The notes beneath the pieces were generated by a model that saw only the letters and a program-made list of their open reading frames with translations, was not told the DNA's origin and did not search any database. DNA of 32,000 nucleotides from Candidatus Methylomirabilis oxygeniifera (GTDB lineage: Bacteria > Methylomirabilota > Methylomirabilia > Methylomirabilales > Methylomirabilaceae): positions 2,520,001-2,552,000 of the forward strand of contig FP565575.1 in the NCBI GenBank assembly GCA_000091165.1. Reading direction: 5' to 3'. Of this stretch, positions 7,509 to 16,104 are shown piece by piece (positions within the stretch are counted from its first letter, which is position 1; the number at the start of each line of letters is the position of its first letter). The position numbers and the translations under genes were made by a program.

Positions 7509-8027
7509 TCATACCGCCTCTGCGCTGCCGGCTAAGGTCGCATACGACTCTCCAACAAGCGATTGCGGATCGATCCCCAGCGCCCGCTGCACGCCTTGCA
7601 CCTCATCGGCGACTATCGGCAGCTCTCCCGGTTCATCAATCGTCCCGTGAAGCTCAACAAAGCTGCCCAGCCCCTGCGTCTTATCAAGGTGGATCCGGAT
7701 ATTGTCGAGCACAAAGGTCTCGCGTCGCTTCGCAACCACGATGTTGATACCGAGCGCCTTGGCCAGCATCGCCTTGAGGCCCTCCGCATCCTCGACGCGA
7801 TAGAGCTCGTAGTGACTTTCCTGTGCCCCGGCAACATCATCTCGGATATAGTAAATCAGCTCAGCGCCGGACTCCAGCGACTCTCGGAGCTTCAGGCGGC
7901 CATGGCTCACGTTGAAATAGGTATCGACCTGCCGCTCCGGCTCCTGACCCTCCGCTCCAAGCGATTCACAACGCTCTCGAAGCTTTCCAAGATCCTCACA
8001 GCGTGCTTTCAGTTCAAGATTTAGCAT
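7509..8027 (-). CDS. CYTH-domain protein (class IV adenylate cyclase / triphosphate tunnel metalloenzyme)
   Basis: 172 aa with an N-terminal LELKAR (ExExK-like) motif. Length and pattern resemble CyaB-type CYTH proteins. There is a 1-nt gap to the AKR gene. Confidence 0.7.
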   Translation of the reverse strand: MLNLELKARCEDLGKLRERCESLGAEGQEPERQVDTYFNVSHGRLKLRESLESGAELIYYIRDDVAGAQESHYELYRVEDAEGLKAMLAKALGINIVVAKRRETFVLDNIRIHLDKTQGLGSFVELHGTIDEPGELPIVADEVQGVQRALGIDPQSLVGESYATLAGSAEAV

Positions 8028-8030
8028 TGG

Positions 8031-8243
8031 TCAGTTCCTCATCGCGCGGACCTGCCCTTCGAATCGGGCATCCGGTTCCACCCGGAACTCCTCCCCGCAC
8101 TTGCCGCACTTTCCCAACCAGGAACGATCCGGCTGCCTGGTCAGGGTAACGGCGCCGCAGACCAGCTTTCCGGCAATTCGGTGAAGCGTGATGGCAACAA
8201 ACTGCTGTTCCACTGTTTGCCTCCGAGCATCAAGCCACTCCAA
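8031..8243 (-). CDS. hypothetical small Cys-containing protein (H...C...CxxC)
   Basis: 70-aa ORF with a TTG start. The in-frame GTG at 8213..8211 has GGAGG 6 nt upstream and would give 60 aa. It ends 3 nt before the CYTH start. No family recognised. Confidence 0.45.
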   Translation of the reverse strand: MEWLDARRQTVEQQFVAITLHRIAGKLVCGAVTLTRQPDRSWLGKCGKCGEEFRVEPDARFEGQVRAMRN

Positions 8244-8313
8244 TTTCTTATCTCAATCTATCGTATCTGTCGGAAGAAAAAGGCCGTTTGCTGATCGAGA
8301 GGGCGGGCTTCCC

Positions 8314-10608
8314 TCAGACAGTCGCGTCCGAGTCCTCCGGTGAGCGTCCGGCAGGAGCTTGGCCGTCGATGACCGTACGGACCGCCGCAGCCAGGTCGGC
8401 CCGGGAAAATGGCTTCCGAACATAACCGACAACCCCAGAGCCTTCCAGGCTATGCCGGATCTCGTCCGGAGCATAGCCGGTGGCGACCAGCACCTTGACG
8501 TCGTGGTTGAGGGCGCGCAGGGCCGGGATCAGGTCCGCCGCCCCCATCCGGGGCATGACGGCGTCGGTAAGGACCAGCGCAATGCCCGGGTGGGCCCGGA
8601 AGATTTCCAGCGCCTCGGCGCCATTCGAAGCACTGAGGACGGTGTACCCCAAGTTGCTCAGAAGGAGTTCTCCCAACTCCAGGACCATCGGATTGTCCTC
8701 CACCAACAGAAGCGTCTCGGTCCCACACGGCAGCACCTTCTCGGCCGATGGCGCGGCTGTTACCGCGGCGAGAACCAGAGGGAGAAAGACGTGGAAGGCG
8801 CTCCCCTGGCCTTCGGCCGTCTCCACCTCGATCCAGCCCTCGTGCTGCTGAGCGATCCCGTAGACCGAGGCTAAGCCCAAGCCGGTTCCATGCCCAGCCT
8901 CCTTGGTCGTGAAGAAGGGCTCGAAAATGCGATCCCGGATGGCGGCCGGGATGCCGGTCCCGGTATCGGCTATGGTCAGGCAGGCGAAGGCACCCAGTCG
9001 GCGCTCCGGATACCCACCCAGGCTCGCCTCAATCAGCGTAACGGGCGTCAGCCGAAGGGTCAAGGTGCCCCCGTACGGCATAGCATCACGGGCGTTGGTG
9101 GCAAGGTTGAGCAGGATCTGTTGCACCTGGGCGCCATCGGCATTGACAACGAGGGGCTCGCGGGCGGGCTCCAACTCGATCGCGATCGTCTCGGGAAGCG
9201 TTCGCCGCAAGACACTCATCGTCTCTTGAAGCAGCGGGTCCAGGTCCAGCGGCTTCCGTTGCAGCGGGGCCTTCCGCGCAAAGCTCAATACCTGGCCCAC
9301 GAGATCCGCGGCTTGGCGCCCTATCTTCGGTACCCGACTCAGGTGACGGTATTCCTTGCTATCCGGGGGTATTCCCCCCAGAGCCAGTTCCGCAAAGCCG
9401 ATAATCCCGCTTAGGTGATTATTGAAGTCGTGCGCGATCCCCCCGGCCAGGAGGCCGACGGCCTCCAGCTTCTGCGCCTGGCGAAACCGGTCTTCGAGGC
9501 GTCTGCGCTCGGTGATATCCTGTTTGATGGCGATGAAATAGGTAATCTCTCCGCGTTCGTCCCTGACGGGCGTAACGGTTTGATCCTCGGTGTAGAGACT
9601 GCCGTCCTTGCGGCGATTGACCATTTCGCCCTGCCACACCCTTCCGGCAAGGATAGTCTCCCACAGGTTGTGGTAGAACGCCTGGTCGTGTTGGCCCGAC
9701 TTGAGGAGGCGCGGATTCCGGCCGATGGCCTCCTCGGCGGTATAACCGGTCAGTCGCGCAAAGGCCGAGTTGACCCATAGGATCATGCCGCCGCGATCGG
9801 TAATGATGATACCGTTCGCAGCCGCTTCCAGCGCCGCCGCCTGAAGGCGAAGTCGCCCCTCGGCCTGCTTGCGCCCCGTAGTATCCACCAGGACACCGAC
9901 AACGCCGTCGATGCCGCCCCCTGCATTACACAGCGGGGCCGTCCACAGGCTGATGTCGATCGGGGAGCCGTCTTTCTTCCGACGAACGACATCGATGCCG
10001 GCGAGCGTTTCCCCTGCCAGGGCGCGGTCGAGAAGGTTCCGGTACTCCTCGCATTTATTCGGAGGGACGATGGGAAGGGGGCGCCCAAGGACTTCTTCTT
10101 TCTGCCAGCCGAAGATCCGTTCCGCGGCCCGGCTCCACAGCCTGACGTTCCCATCACGATCCAGGATGGTAATACCCGCGGGTGAGGCGTTCATCACCGC
10201 CGCAAGAAGGTCGTACGCCTCTCGCAGGGCCAGCTCCGACCGTTTACGCTCGGTGACATCACGCAAGACCCCCTGGAGGCCTGCAACCCGGCCATCCTCC
10301 AGGATGGGAACCGGCTTTACTTCGACGAACGTACTCGCTCCATCCGAGCGTACGATCTGAGTCTCTATGGTTTCGGCCGAGGCCCCGGTTTCTACCGCGC
10401 GGACAAACAACTCCTTCACACGGTTCAGGTCGATGGGGGCGATAAATTCCAGGAAGTTTCGGCCAATGAGTTGTTCCGGGCTTTCAATGCCGTGGATCCG
10501 GGCCAACGCTCGGTTTGCAAAGGTAACAACGCCCTGGACGTCCACCGCAAACAGCCCGTCGTTAATCTCATTCACCAGCGCGCAACACCTGTCCTCACCT
10601 TCCCGCAT
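8314..10608 (-). CDS. cytoplasmic multi-PAS hybrid sensor histidine kinase with C-terminal receiver domain
   Basis: 764 aa. It has about four PAS/PAC repeats (recurring DGxxxWxNxA...TG and ITERK/ITERRR ends), an H-box GIAHDFNNHL, N/G boxes NLATNARDAM, DTGTGI and GTGLGL, then a REC domain (LLLVEDN...TDAVMP...K). No TM segment is visible. Confidence 0.85.
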   Translation of the reverse strand: MREGEDRCCALVNEINDGLFAVDVQGVVTFANRALARIHGIESPEQLIGRNFLEFIAPIDLNRVKELFVRAVETGASAETIETQIVRSDGASTFVEVKPVPILEDGRVAGLQGVLRDVTERKRSELALREAYDLLAAVMNASPAGITILDRDGNVRLWSRAAERIFGWQKEEVLGRPLPIVPPNKCEEYRNLLDRALAGETLAGIDVVRRKKDGSPIDISLWTAPLCNAGGGIDGVVGVLVDTTGRKQAEGRLRLQAAALEAAANGIIITDRGGMILWVNSAFARLTGYTAEEAIGRNPRLLKSGQHDQAFYHNLWETILAGRVWQGEMVNRRKDGSLYTEDQTVTPVRDERGEITYFIAIKQDITERRRLEDRFRQAQKLEAVGLLAGGIAHDFNNHLSGIIGFAELALGGIPPDSKEYRHLSRVPKIGRQAADLVGQVLSFARKAPLQRKPLDLDPLLQETMSVLRRTLPETIAIELEPAREPLVVNADGAQVQQILLNLATNARDAMPYGGTLTLRLTPVTLIEASLGGYPERRLGAFACLTIADTGTGIPAAIRDRIFEPFFTTKEAGHGTGLGLASVYGIAQQHEGWIEVETAEGQGSAFHVFLPLVLAAVTAAPSAEKVLPCGTETLLLVEDNPMVLELGELLLSNLGYTVLSASNGAEALEIFRAHPGIALVLTDAVMPRMGAADLIPALRALNHDVKVLVATGYAPDEIRHSLEGSGVVGYVRKPFSRADLAAAVRTVIDGQAPAGRSPEDSDATV

Positions 10609-10756
10609 GGCCTGCTCCGTCCGCTGGTGTTCAGCGGTGTCGGCTGATAATGATTGGGCTCCGTCGGTTCATTGGTACGCTCGTCGGTTTGTGCTGGTCA
10701 TTCTCCTCTGCATTTCAGGAGCACATTCGAGCTGGAACCGCCGGAAGAGTGAGTAG

Positions 10757-12550
10757 CTATGGAGCATCGTGTGGCGGCTCGGCGGCGTTCACGGGGACGC
10801 TGATACGGCTGAGCCGCTGGCGAAGCATGTCGTGCTCCTGCTGAATCTGAACGGGCAGGCGTGGGGCAAGTCGGTCGAAGAACAGGCCTTGCTCCGCGTG
10901 CTCCGCATCCCAGGCATCGGCGTCGATCCTCAACAGCTCGTCCGCTGCTCCGTCCGGCAGTCTCAGCCCGTCCAAGTCCAACGCATCAGGCGCAGGAATC
11001 AACCCGATAGGGGTCTCGACGGCCTTGCCCTGACCGCGAACCCGCTCCAGGATCCACTTCAGGACGCGAATATTATCACCAAATCCTGGCCAGAGGAACC
11101 GACCGTTCTGGTCGGTTCGAAACCAGTTGACATGAAAGATCGCGGGGGGGTGAGCGATTCGCGTCCCCATGTCGAGCCAATGAGCGAAATAGTCGGCCAT
11201 GTGATAGCCGCAGAATGGGACCATCGCCATCGGGTCGCGCCTGGTGACCCCGACCGCGCCCGACTGGGCGGCTGTCGTCTCGGAGGCCATACCGGCCCCG
11301 ACGAAGACGCCGTGCTGCCAACCGTATGACTGATAGACGAGTGGCGCGACGCGAGCGCGGCGTCCGCCAAAGAGAATCGCCGAAATAGGGACGCCCTCCG
11401 GGTCCTCCCAACTGGGGGAGATCGATGGGCACTGCCTGGCGGCCATCGTGAAACGCGAGTTAGGATGGGCCGCCGCCCCTTCCCCTGAGGTCCATGGATT
11501 GCCTCGCCAATCAACGAGACCATTGGGAGGCGTCGGGTCTTTTCCCTCCCACCACGGCTCTCCGTCTGGGGTCACGGCGACGTTGGTAAAGATCGTATTG
11601 CGATCGACCGCCGCCATGATGTTGGGGTTTGTCTTGACGCTGGTGCCCGGCGCCACACCGAAGAACCCGGCCTCCGGATTGATGGCCCGCAGCCGCCCGT
11701 CTGGCCCGATGTGCATCCAGGCGATGTCATCGCCCACGGTCCACACCTTGTAGCCCGAAAGCTGTAGAGGGGCGACAAGCATCGCCAAGTTGGTCTTGCC
11801 GCAAGCGCTCGGAAAGGCGGCCGCCATATAGGTGACCTGCCCCGATGGATCTTCCACCCCGATGATCAGGGTATGCTCGGCCAACCAGCCCTCCTCTCGA
11901 CCGATCCAACTGGCAATACGAAGGGAGTGGCATTTCTTTCCCAACAGGGCGTTACCCCCATACCCCGAGCCGATGCTCCAGATGAGTCGCTCCTCGGGGA
12001 AGTGGAGGATAAAGCGACGGTCCGGACTCAGGTCCCCGAGTGAATGCAGACCGCGAACAAAGCTGTCCGACCCGCCCAGTCGCTCAAGCGCGATCTTTCC
12101 CATGCGGGTCATGAGCCGCATGTTGACAACCACATAGGGGCTGTCGGTAATCTCTACCCCGACCCTGCTGTAGGGAGAACCGGCCGGGCCCATCAGATAC
12201 GGGACGACAAACATCGTCCGGCCCTTCATGCTGCCTTCAAAGAGCTTCCCGACCCCGGCGCGCGCCTCTGAAGGCTCCATCCAGTTATTCGTAGGACCGG
12301 CGTCCTCCTTTCGGGACGTACAGATGAAAGTCAGGTGCTCGGTCCGTGCAACATCCGACGGATGGCTGCGATGCAGGTAGCACCCCGGATAGCGCTGATG
12401 GTTCAGGCCGATCAAGGTCCCGTCCCGGAGCATCCCGTCAACCAGAACCTGACGCTCCTCCTCTGACCCGTCACACCAGTAGATCCGATCCGGTCGGGTC
12501 ACTCGCGCCACTTGATCCACCCATTGCTCTAACGCTCTATGTTGAGGCAT
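10757..12550 (-). CDS. pckG: phosphoenolpyruvate carboxykinase (GTP)
   Basis: GSGYGGNALLGKKC kinase-1a loop and overall GTP-PEPCK pattern. The track start at 12640 is trimmed to ATG 12550..12548 (MPQHRALEQWV), which has AGGAG 6 nt upstream. Confidence 0.85.
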   Translation of the reverse strand: MPQHRALEQWVDQVARVTRPDRIYWCDGSEEERQVLVDGMLRDGTLIGLNHQRYPGCYLHRSHPSDVARTEHLTFICTSRKEDAGPTNNWMEPSEARAGVGKLFEGSMKGRTMFVVPYLMGPAGSPYSRVGVEITDSPYVVVNMRLMTRMGKIALERLGGSDSFVRGLHSLGDLSPDRRFILHFPEERLIWSIGSGYGGNALLGKKCHSLRIASWIGREEGWLAEHTLIIGVEDPSGQVTYMAAAFPSACGKTNLAMLVAPLQLSGYKVWTVGDDIAWMHIGPDGRLRAINPEAGFFGVAPGTSVKTNPNIMAAVDRNTIFTNVAVTPDGEPWWEGKDPTPPNGLVDWRGNPWTSGEGAAAHPNSRFTMAARQCPSISPSWEDPEGVPISAILFGGRRARVAPLVYQSYGWQHGVFVGAGMASETTAAQSGAVGVTRRDPMAMVPFCGYHMADYFAHWLDMGTRIAHPPAIFHVNWFRTDQNGRFLWPGFGDNIRVLKWILERVRGQGKAVETPIGLIPAPDALDLDGLRLPDGAADELLRIDADAWDAEHAEQGLFFDRLAPRLPVQIQQEHDMLRQRLSRISVPVNAAEPPHDAP

Positions 12551-12687
12551 CTTGTCTCCTGACGATACTGCGTGGGTTGCCGGCTCGCCCGTGGGGGCAA
12601 AGTCTCGCGCAAAGACCTTCGGAGGCTCCATCACCCTCATCCTCCCCTCCGGGTACCCTCCAGGTGCGGAGAGGAGCTATTTGTCGG

Positions 12688-12732
12688 CACCTCTCGCCCT
12701 CTTTAGGGAGAGAGAGGGCCAGGGTGAGGGGG
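12688..12732. repeat. short hairpin element (GCCCTCT-10 nt loop-AGAGGGC, with flanking GGGTGAGGGGG)
   Basis: 7-bp perfect stem at 12696..12702 / 12713..12719, between the pckG start and tRNA-Asn. Single copy in this window. Confidence 0.4.
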
Positions 12733-12749
12733 CTTTCCAACTAAGGAGA

Positions 12750-12824
12750 TGGCTCCCCGGGTAGGACTCGAACCTACAACCTAGCGGTTAACAGCCGCTC
12801 GCTCCACCGTTGAGCTACCGGGGA
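12750..12824 (-). tRNA. tRNA-Asn (anticodon GTT), CCA encoded
   Basis: Minus strand reads TCCCCGGTAGCTCAACGGTGGAGCGAGCGGCTGTTAACCGCTAGGTTGTAGGTTCGAGTCCTACCCGGGGAGCCA. It has a 7-bp acceptor stem, a CTGTTAA anticodon loop and a GGTTCGAGTCC T-arm. Confidence 0.9.
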
Positions 12825-12837
12825 TCAATAGCAGTCT

Positions 12838-12921
12838 AAAAACAGCCTTCAGCGGTCAGCGGGGAGGTAGGATTCTCAGCCGCATCTGGTGTCTTCCTTA
12901 TTGTTGCTGAAAGCTTCGTTG
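12838..12921. repeat. GCTGA-rich hairpin repeat family, degenerate copy
   Basis: AACAGCCTTCAGCGGTCAGC...GCTGAAAGCTTCGTTG. The left end closely matches AACAGCATTCAGCGATCAGC at 17068 and 17613. Confidence 0.45.
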
Positions 12922-12977
12922 TAATTTAGCGCACTCGATCGGCGTGAGCAACGACTTTTTGACCTGTTACGACTGCG

Positions 12978-13577
12978 TCATACTTCCCGACGCCCCTCCA
13001 ATGACTTGGACAGCGTCACCTCATCGGCGTACTCCAGGTCGCTGCCCATCGGCAGGCCGCGCGCGATTCGCGTCACCCGAACGGCTAACGGCTTCAGCAG
13101 GCGAGAAAGGTACATCGCGGTTGCCTCGCCCTCGACGTTCGGGTTCGTCGCCAGGATCACCTCCTTGACCTCCCCTCCCTCCAGACGCTGCAGAAGGGCC
13201 TTGGCCGTGAGTTGATCGGGGCCGCGTCCCTCCAACGGCGACAGCGACCCCCCGAGCACATGGTATCGCCCCTTGAAGGTTGCCGTCTTCTCGATGGCCC
13301 AGAGGTCGTTTGCCTCTTCCACCACGCACAACACCGATCCGTCTCGAGTCGGGTCGACACAGATGGGACACTGCTCGCCTTCAGAGATGTTGTAGCACAC
13401 GGCACAGCTTCGGATCCGATCTTTCAGCTCGATAATGGCCTGGGCCAACGCAATCGCCTCTTCCCTGCCGGCTTTGAGCAGGTGAAATGTCAGGCGTTGG
13501 GCGGTCTTGGGGCCGATACCGGGAAGGCGAACCAGTTCACCGATCAGCCGGACCAGGGTGGGCGCGTAGCGGGACAT
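12978..13577 (-). CDS. recR: recombination protein RecR
   Basis: 199 aa with an HhH region ([12 protein letters not shown]), a C4 zinc finger ([16 protein letters not shown]) and a Toprim region. Confidence 0.9.
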   Translation of the reverse strand: MSRYAPTLVRLIGELVRLPGIGPKTAQRLTFHLLKAGREEAIALAQAIIELKDRIRSCAVCYNISEGEQCPICVDPTRDGSVLCVVEEANDLWAIEKTATFKGRYHVLGGSLSPLEGRGPDQLTAKALLQRLEGGEVKEVILATNPNVEGEATAMYLSRLLKPLAVRVTRIARGLPMGSDLEYADEVTLSKSLEGRREV

Positions 13578-13584
13578 GGCGTGG

Positions 13585-13899
13585 CTACATCAGTCCAGGG
13601 GGCAGCCCCAGCCCGCCGGTCAGACGACCCATCTCCTGGCTCAACAGCTCGCGCGCCTTTCGGAGCGCCTCATTCGTCGCAGCCACAACGAGGTCCTGCA
13701 GCATCTCTAGTTCGTCCGGGCCGGCGACCTCTGGGTCGATCTTCACCGCGACGACTTCACCCTGACCGTTACACACCACGGTAACCATCCCGCCGCCAGC
13801 TGTCCCTTCCACCCGTTTTGTCGCCGCCTCCGCCTGAATCCTATCGGCTTCGGCCTTCATCCGCTGCGCCTGCTTCATCAAGTTGCCGAGGTTCTTCAT
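13585..13899 (-). CDS. ybaB: nucleoid-associated protein YbaB/EbfC
   Basis: 104 aa, [17 protein letters not shown]...[23 protein letters not shown], the classic YbaB pattern in the dnaX-ybaB-recR context. Confidence 0.9.
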   Translation of the reverse strand: MKNLGNLMKQAQRMKAEADRIQAEAATKRVEGTAGGGMVTVVCNGQGEVVAVKIDPEVAGPDELEMLQDLVVAATNEALRKARELLSQEMGRLTGGLGLPPGLM

Positions 13900-13918
13900 C
13901 GCATTCTCCCATCATGCC

Positions 13919-15724
13919 CTATTCGGGCTGTTTCGCCCTGACCCGAACGACTTGGCCGTCAAACAGCTCCACGGCCCGGCGTACTAAGGGATGGCGCCGC
14001 AGCGCCTCCTGATCGGACGGCGCCATCCGCTGCTCCGTGACGGCTCTCTGCTGGGGGTCGCGCAGCCGGCTGCGCACCTCGCCGGACGGCTGAGACTGAT
14101 TCAGCTCGCCCTGGCCGGTAGTGCGTTGCGTCGCACCGCCCGTAGTGGATCGAGTCGAGCTGCCGGCGGAGAGCCCGGCTGAATCGCTCCCTGCCGGTAC
14201 GGTGTTCGAGGTCTGGAATCGATACTCAACCGCCAGGGACCGCCCAAAGACTTCGGCCGCAGCTCCAGCCACAAGACGCCGGTTTTCAGGGTCGTCCAGC
14301 GTTGATCGCGTAAAGGTGTTCCCGTTTCCCAGCATGACAATGAGCCTGTCTTGCTCAAGCGTTACCTCCTGCGCCGCGATGAGCAGGGCAGCAAGAGACC
14401 GCTTTTTCTGTTCCAACAGCCGCGTCATGCGACTCCAGCCTTCCTGTGGGCCCGTAGCGCTATCGGATGGAGCGGACGGCGGCGCTTCGACCGGCTGGCG
14501 GGTGGCCACGGGTCGTACGGCAGGGACAGCAGCGAGCAGAGGGAGCGCCGAGGGCTTAGGGTCGGCTACGCGACCGGCCGGCAACTTCTCCTCCAAAGCG
14601 GCCAGGCGCGTCAAAAGCGCCTCAAGCGTTTGCAGTGACCGGGCTTCTGTCGCCTCGACCAGCGCCATCTCCAGGACAAACCGCGGATGCGAAGCCCGTC
14701 GCATGTCGAACTCGGCCCGACTCAGAACCTGAAAGACTGTTTCGAGGTCTGCAAGCGTCAGGGCTGCCGCCTGCGCTCGAATCGTGTCCAGCGGTACGCG
14801 GCTCAACTGCAGTAATGGGGCGGGATCTTTGCTCGCTTTCGAAACCATCAGATCGCGCAGGTGGGCCAGCAGTTCCTGACAGAACCGCTGAAGGTCGTCA
14901 CCTCGAGCGCTGAGCGACTCAACGACTGCCAGGGCGCTGCTGCTGTCGCGCTCAATAATCGCCTGCGTGGTCTGCGCCAGCAGTTCTCCCTCTACCAGTC
15001 CCAGCACGACCGCGACGTCTTCCTCACTGACCGCGTCGCCGCTATAGGCGATGGCCTGATCCAGAAGACTTTGGGCGTCCCTGAGGCTCCCCTCTGCGGC
15101 GCGAGCGATCGCCTTCATGGCGCCGTCGGACACGGCAGCCCCTTCCTCGCAAGCGATCTGCTGAAGTCGCGGGAGGATCTCTGTCTGTCCCAAACGTCGA
15201 AAGTCGTGGCGCTGGCAACGCGAGAGAATGGTCGGCGGGATTTTGTGTGCGTGCGTGGTCGCCAGGATGAAGATGACCCCGGGTGGCGGCTCCTCGAGCG
15301 TCTTCAGTAACGCATTGAAGGCCGGTTCGGTCAGCATATGGACTTCATCGATGATGATGACCTTACACTTGTCGCGCGACGGGGCATACCGTACGATCTC
15401 TCGCAACTCTCGGACTTCGTCGATCCCCCTATTGGAGGCACCGTCGATCTCCAGACAGTCGACGGAGCGGCCCGTCGCAATCGCATTGCAGCTCGCACAC
15501 TCGCTGCATGGCTCGGACGTGCGGCCCCGCTCACAATTGAGAGCCTTTGCCAGGATGCGGGCGGTCGTCGTCTTCCCGACCCCGCGCGGACCTGCAAAGA
15601 GCAGGGCGTGGGCCACGCGGTCTTTGGCGATGGCGTTCTTCAAGGTCTGGGTGACCGGCCGCTGGCCCACGACCTCATCGAAGTTCTGGGGCCGCCATCG
15701 TCTGGCAAGCACGAGGTATGACAT
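13919..15724 (-). CDS. dnaX: DNA polymerase III subunit gamma/tau
   Basis: 601 aa with Walker A GPRGVGKTT, a Zn module CxxC (CSECASC), Walker B IIDEVHML and sensor SRCQRHDF. Confidence 0.9.
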   Translation of the reverse strand: MSYLVLARRWRPQNFDEVVGQRPVTQTLKNAIAKDRVAHALLFAGPRGVGKTTTARILAKALNCERGRTSEPCSECASCNAIATGRSVDCLEIDGASNRGIDEVRELREIVRYAPSRDKCKVIIIDEVHMLTEPAFNALLKTLEEPPPGVIFILATTHAHKIPPTILSRCQRHDFRRLGQTEILPRLQQIACEEGAAVSDGAMKAIARAAEGSLRDAQSLLDQAIAYSGDAVSEEDVAVVLGLVEGELLAQTTQAIIERDSSSALAVVESLSARGDDLQRFCQELLAHLRDLMVSKASKDPAPLLQLSRVPLDTIRAQAAALTLADLETVFQVLSRAEFDMRRASHPRFVLEMALVEATEARSLQTLEALLTRLAALEEKLPAGRVADPKPSALPLLAAVPAVRPVATRQPVEAPPSAPSDSATGPQEGWSRMTRLLEQKKRSLAALLIAAQEVTLEQDRLIVMLGNGNTFTRSTLDDPENRRLVAGAAAEVFGRSLAVEYRFQTSNTVPAGSDSAGLSAGSSTRSTTGGATQRTTGQGELNQSQPSGEVRSRLRDPQQRAVTEQRMAPSDQEALRRHPLVRRAVELFDGQVVRVRAKQPE

Positions 15725-15731
15725 ATAAACC

Positions 15732-15813
15732 CAGGGTATAGGGTATAGGGTCTAGGGTATAGGGTCTAGGGAGAAGGGCCTGCTATACCCTAGACCCTCC
15801 CCCCTAGACCCTG
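15732..15813. repeat. GGGTNTA heptamer inverted repeat (G4/hairpin element), copy A
   Basis: The plus strand has six GGG tracts spaced by TATA/TCTA (15734..15771). A 14-nt spacer follows, then the C-rich arm ATACCCTAGACCCTCCCCCCTAGACCCT. The element sits between the SRP RNA 3' end and the dnaX ATG, 8 nt from the ATG. Confidence 0.85.
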
Positions 15814-15819
15814 CTGTAC

Positions 15820-16094
15820 TTGGCCGTGCACCCGCCGTCGATCGCGGCTGCCGGGCTGTGCGTGTGATCGAGGCTCCGGCCGAGCTTCCCCGCGGCACAG
15901 GAGCCTGTCTGTTTACCGTTGCTTCCTTCCGGATCTGGCGGGGTTCACAAACTCTCCTTGCGTGGGACCCAACCATCATCACACCGATCACAGGCCATTG
16001 CTCGACAACTTTAAACCTCGGGCGGGAATTCGATCCCGCTAGAGCGGATTGCGGGTACAGGGCACCGCTAACTCCCCATCTAGCACGGCCAAGT
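15820..16094 (-). ncRNA. ffs: signal recognition particle RNA, long Alu-domain-containing (Bacillus-like) form, about 275 nt
   Basis: The minus strand contains the domain IV core CCAGATCCGGAAGGAAGCAACGG. The 5' Alu region GGGGAGTTAGCGGTGCCCTGTACCCGCAATCCGCTCTAGCGGGATCGAATTCCC is nearly collinear with B. subtilis scRNA as I recall it. The termini pair (CTTGGCCGTGC / GCACGGCCAAG). It has the classical position upstream of dnaX. Confidence 0.85.
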
Positions 16095-16104
16095 CTATTC
16101 CTGC

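Noticed and set aside
10609-10668. Possible longer N-terminus of the PAS kinase, since the in-frame upstream sequence reads SLSADTAEHQRTEQA
   Set aside because: There is no ATG/GTG/TTG in frame between the stop at 10669..10671 and the ATG at 10608, so the annotated start stands. Truncation of an ancestral longer gene is only speculation.
14402-14408. dnaX programmed -1 frameshift site (minus strand CAG AAA AAG, about residue 440 of 601). The -1 frame would terminate after about 16 codons.
   Set aside because: There are only five A residues (G AAA AAG, not the canonical A AAA AAG). No clear downstream stem-loop or upstream SD-like enhancer was seen, so the position alone is coincidence-level evidence.
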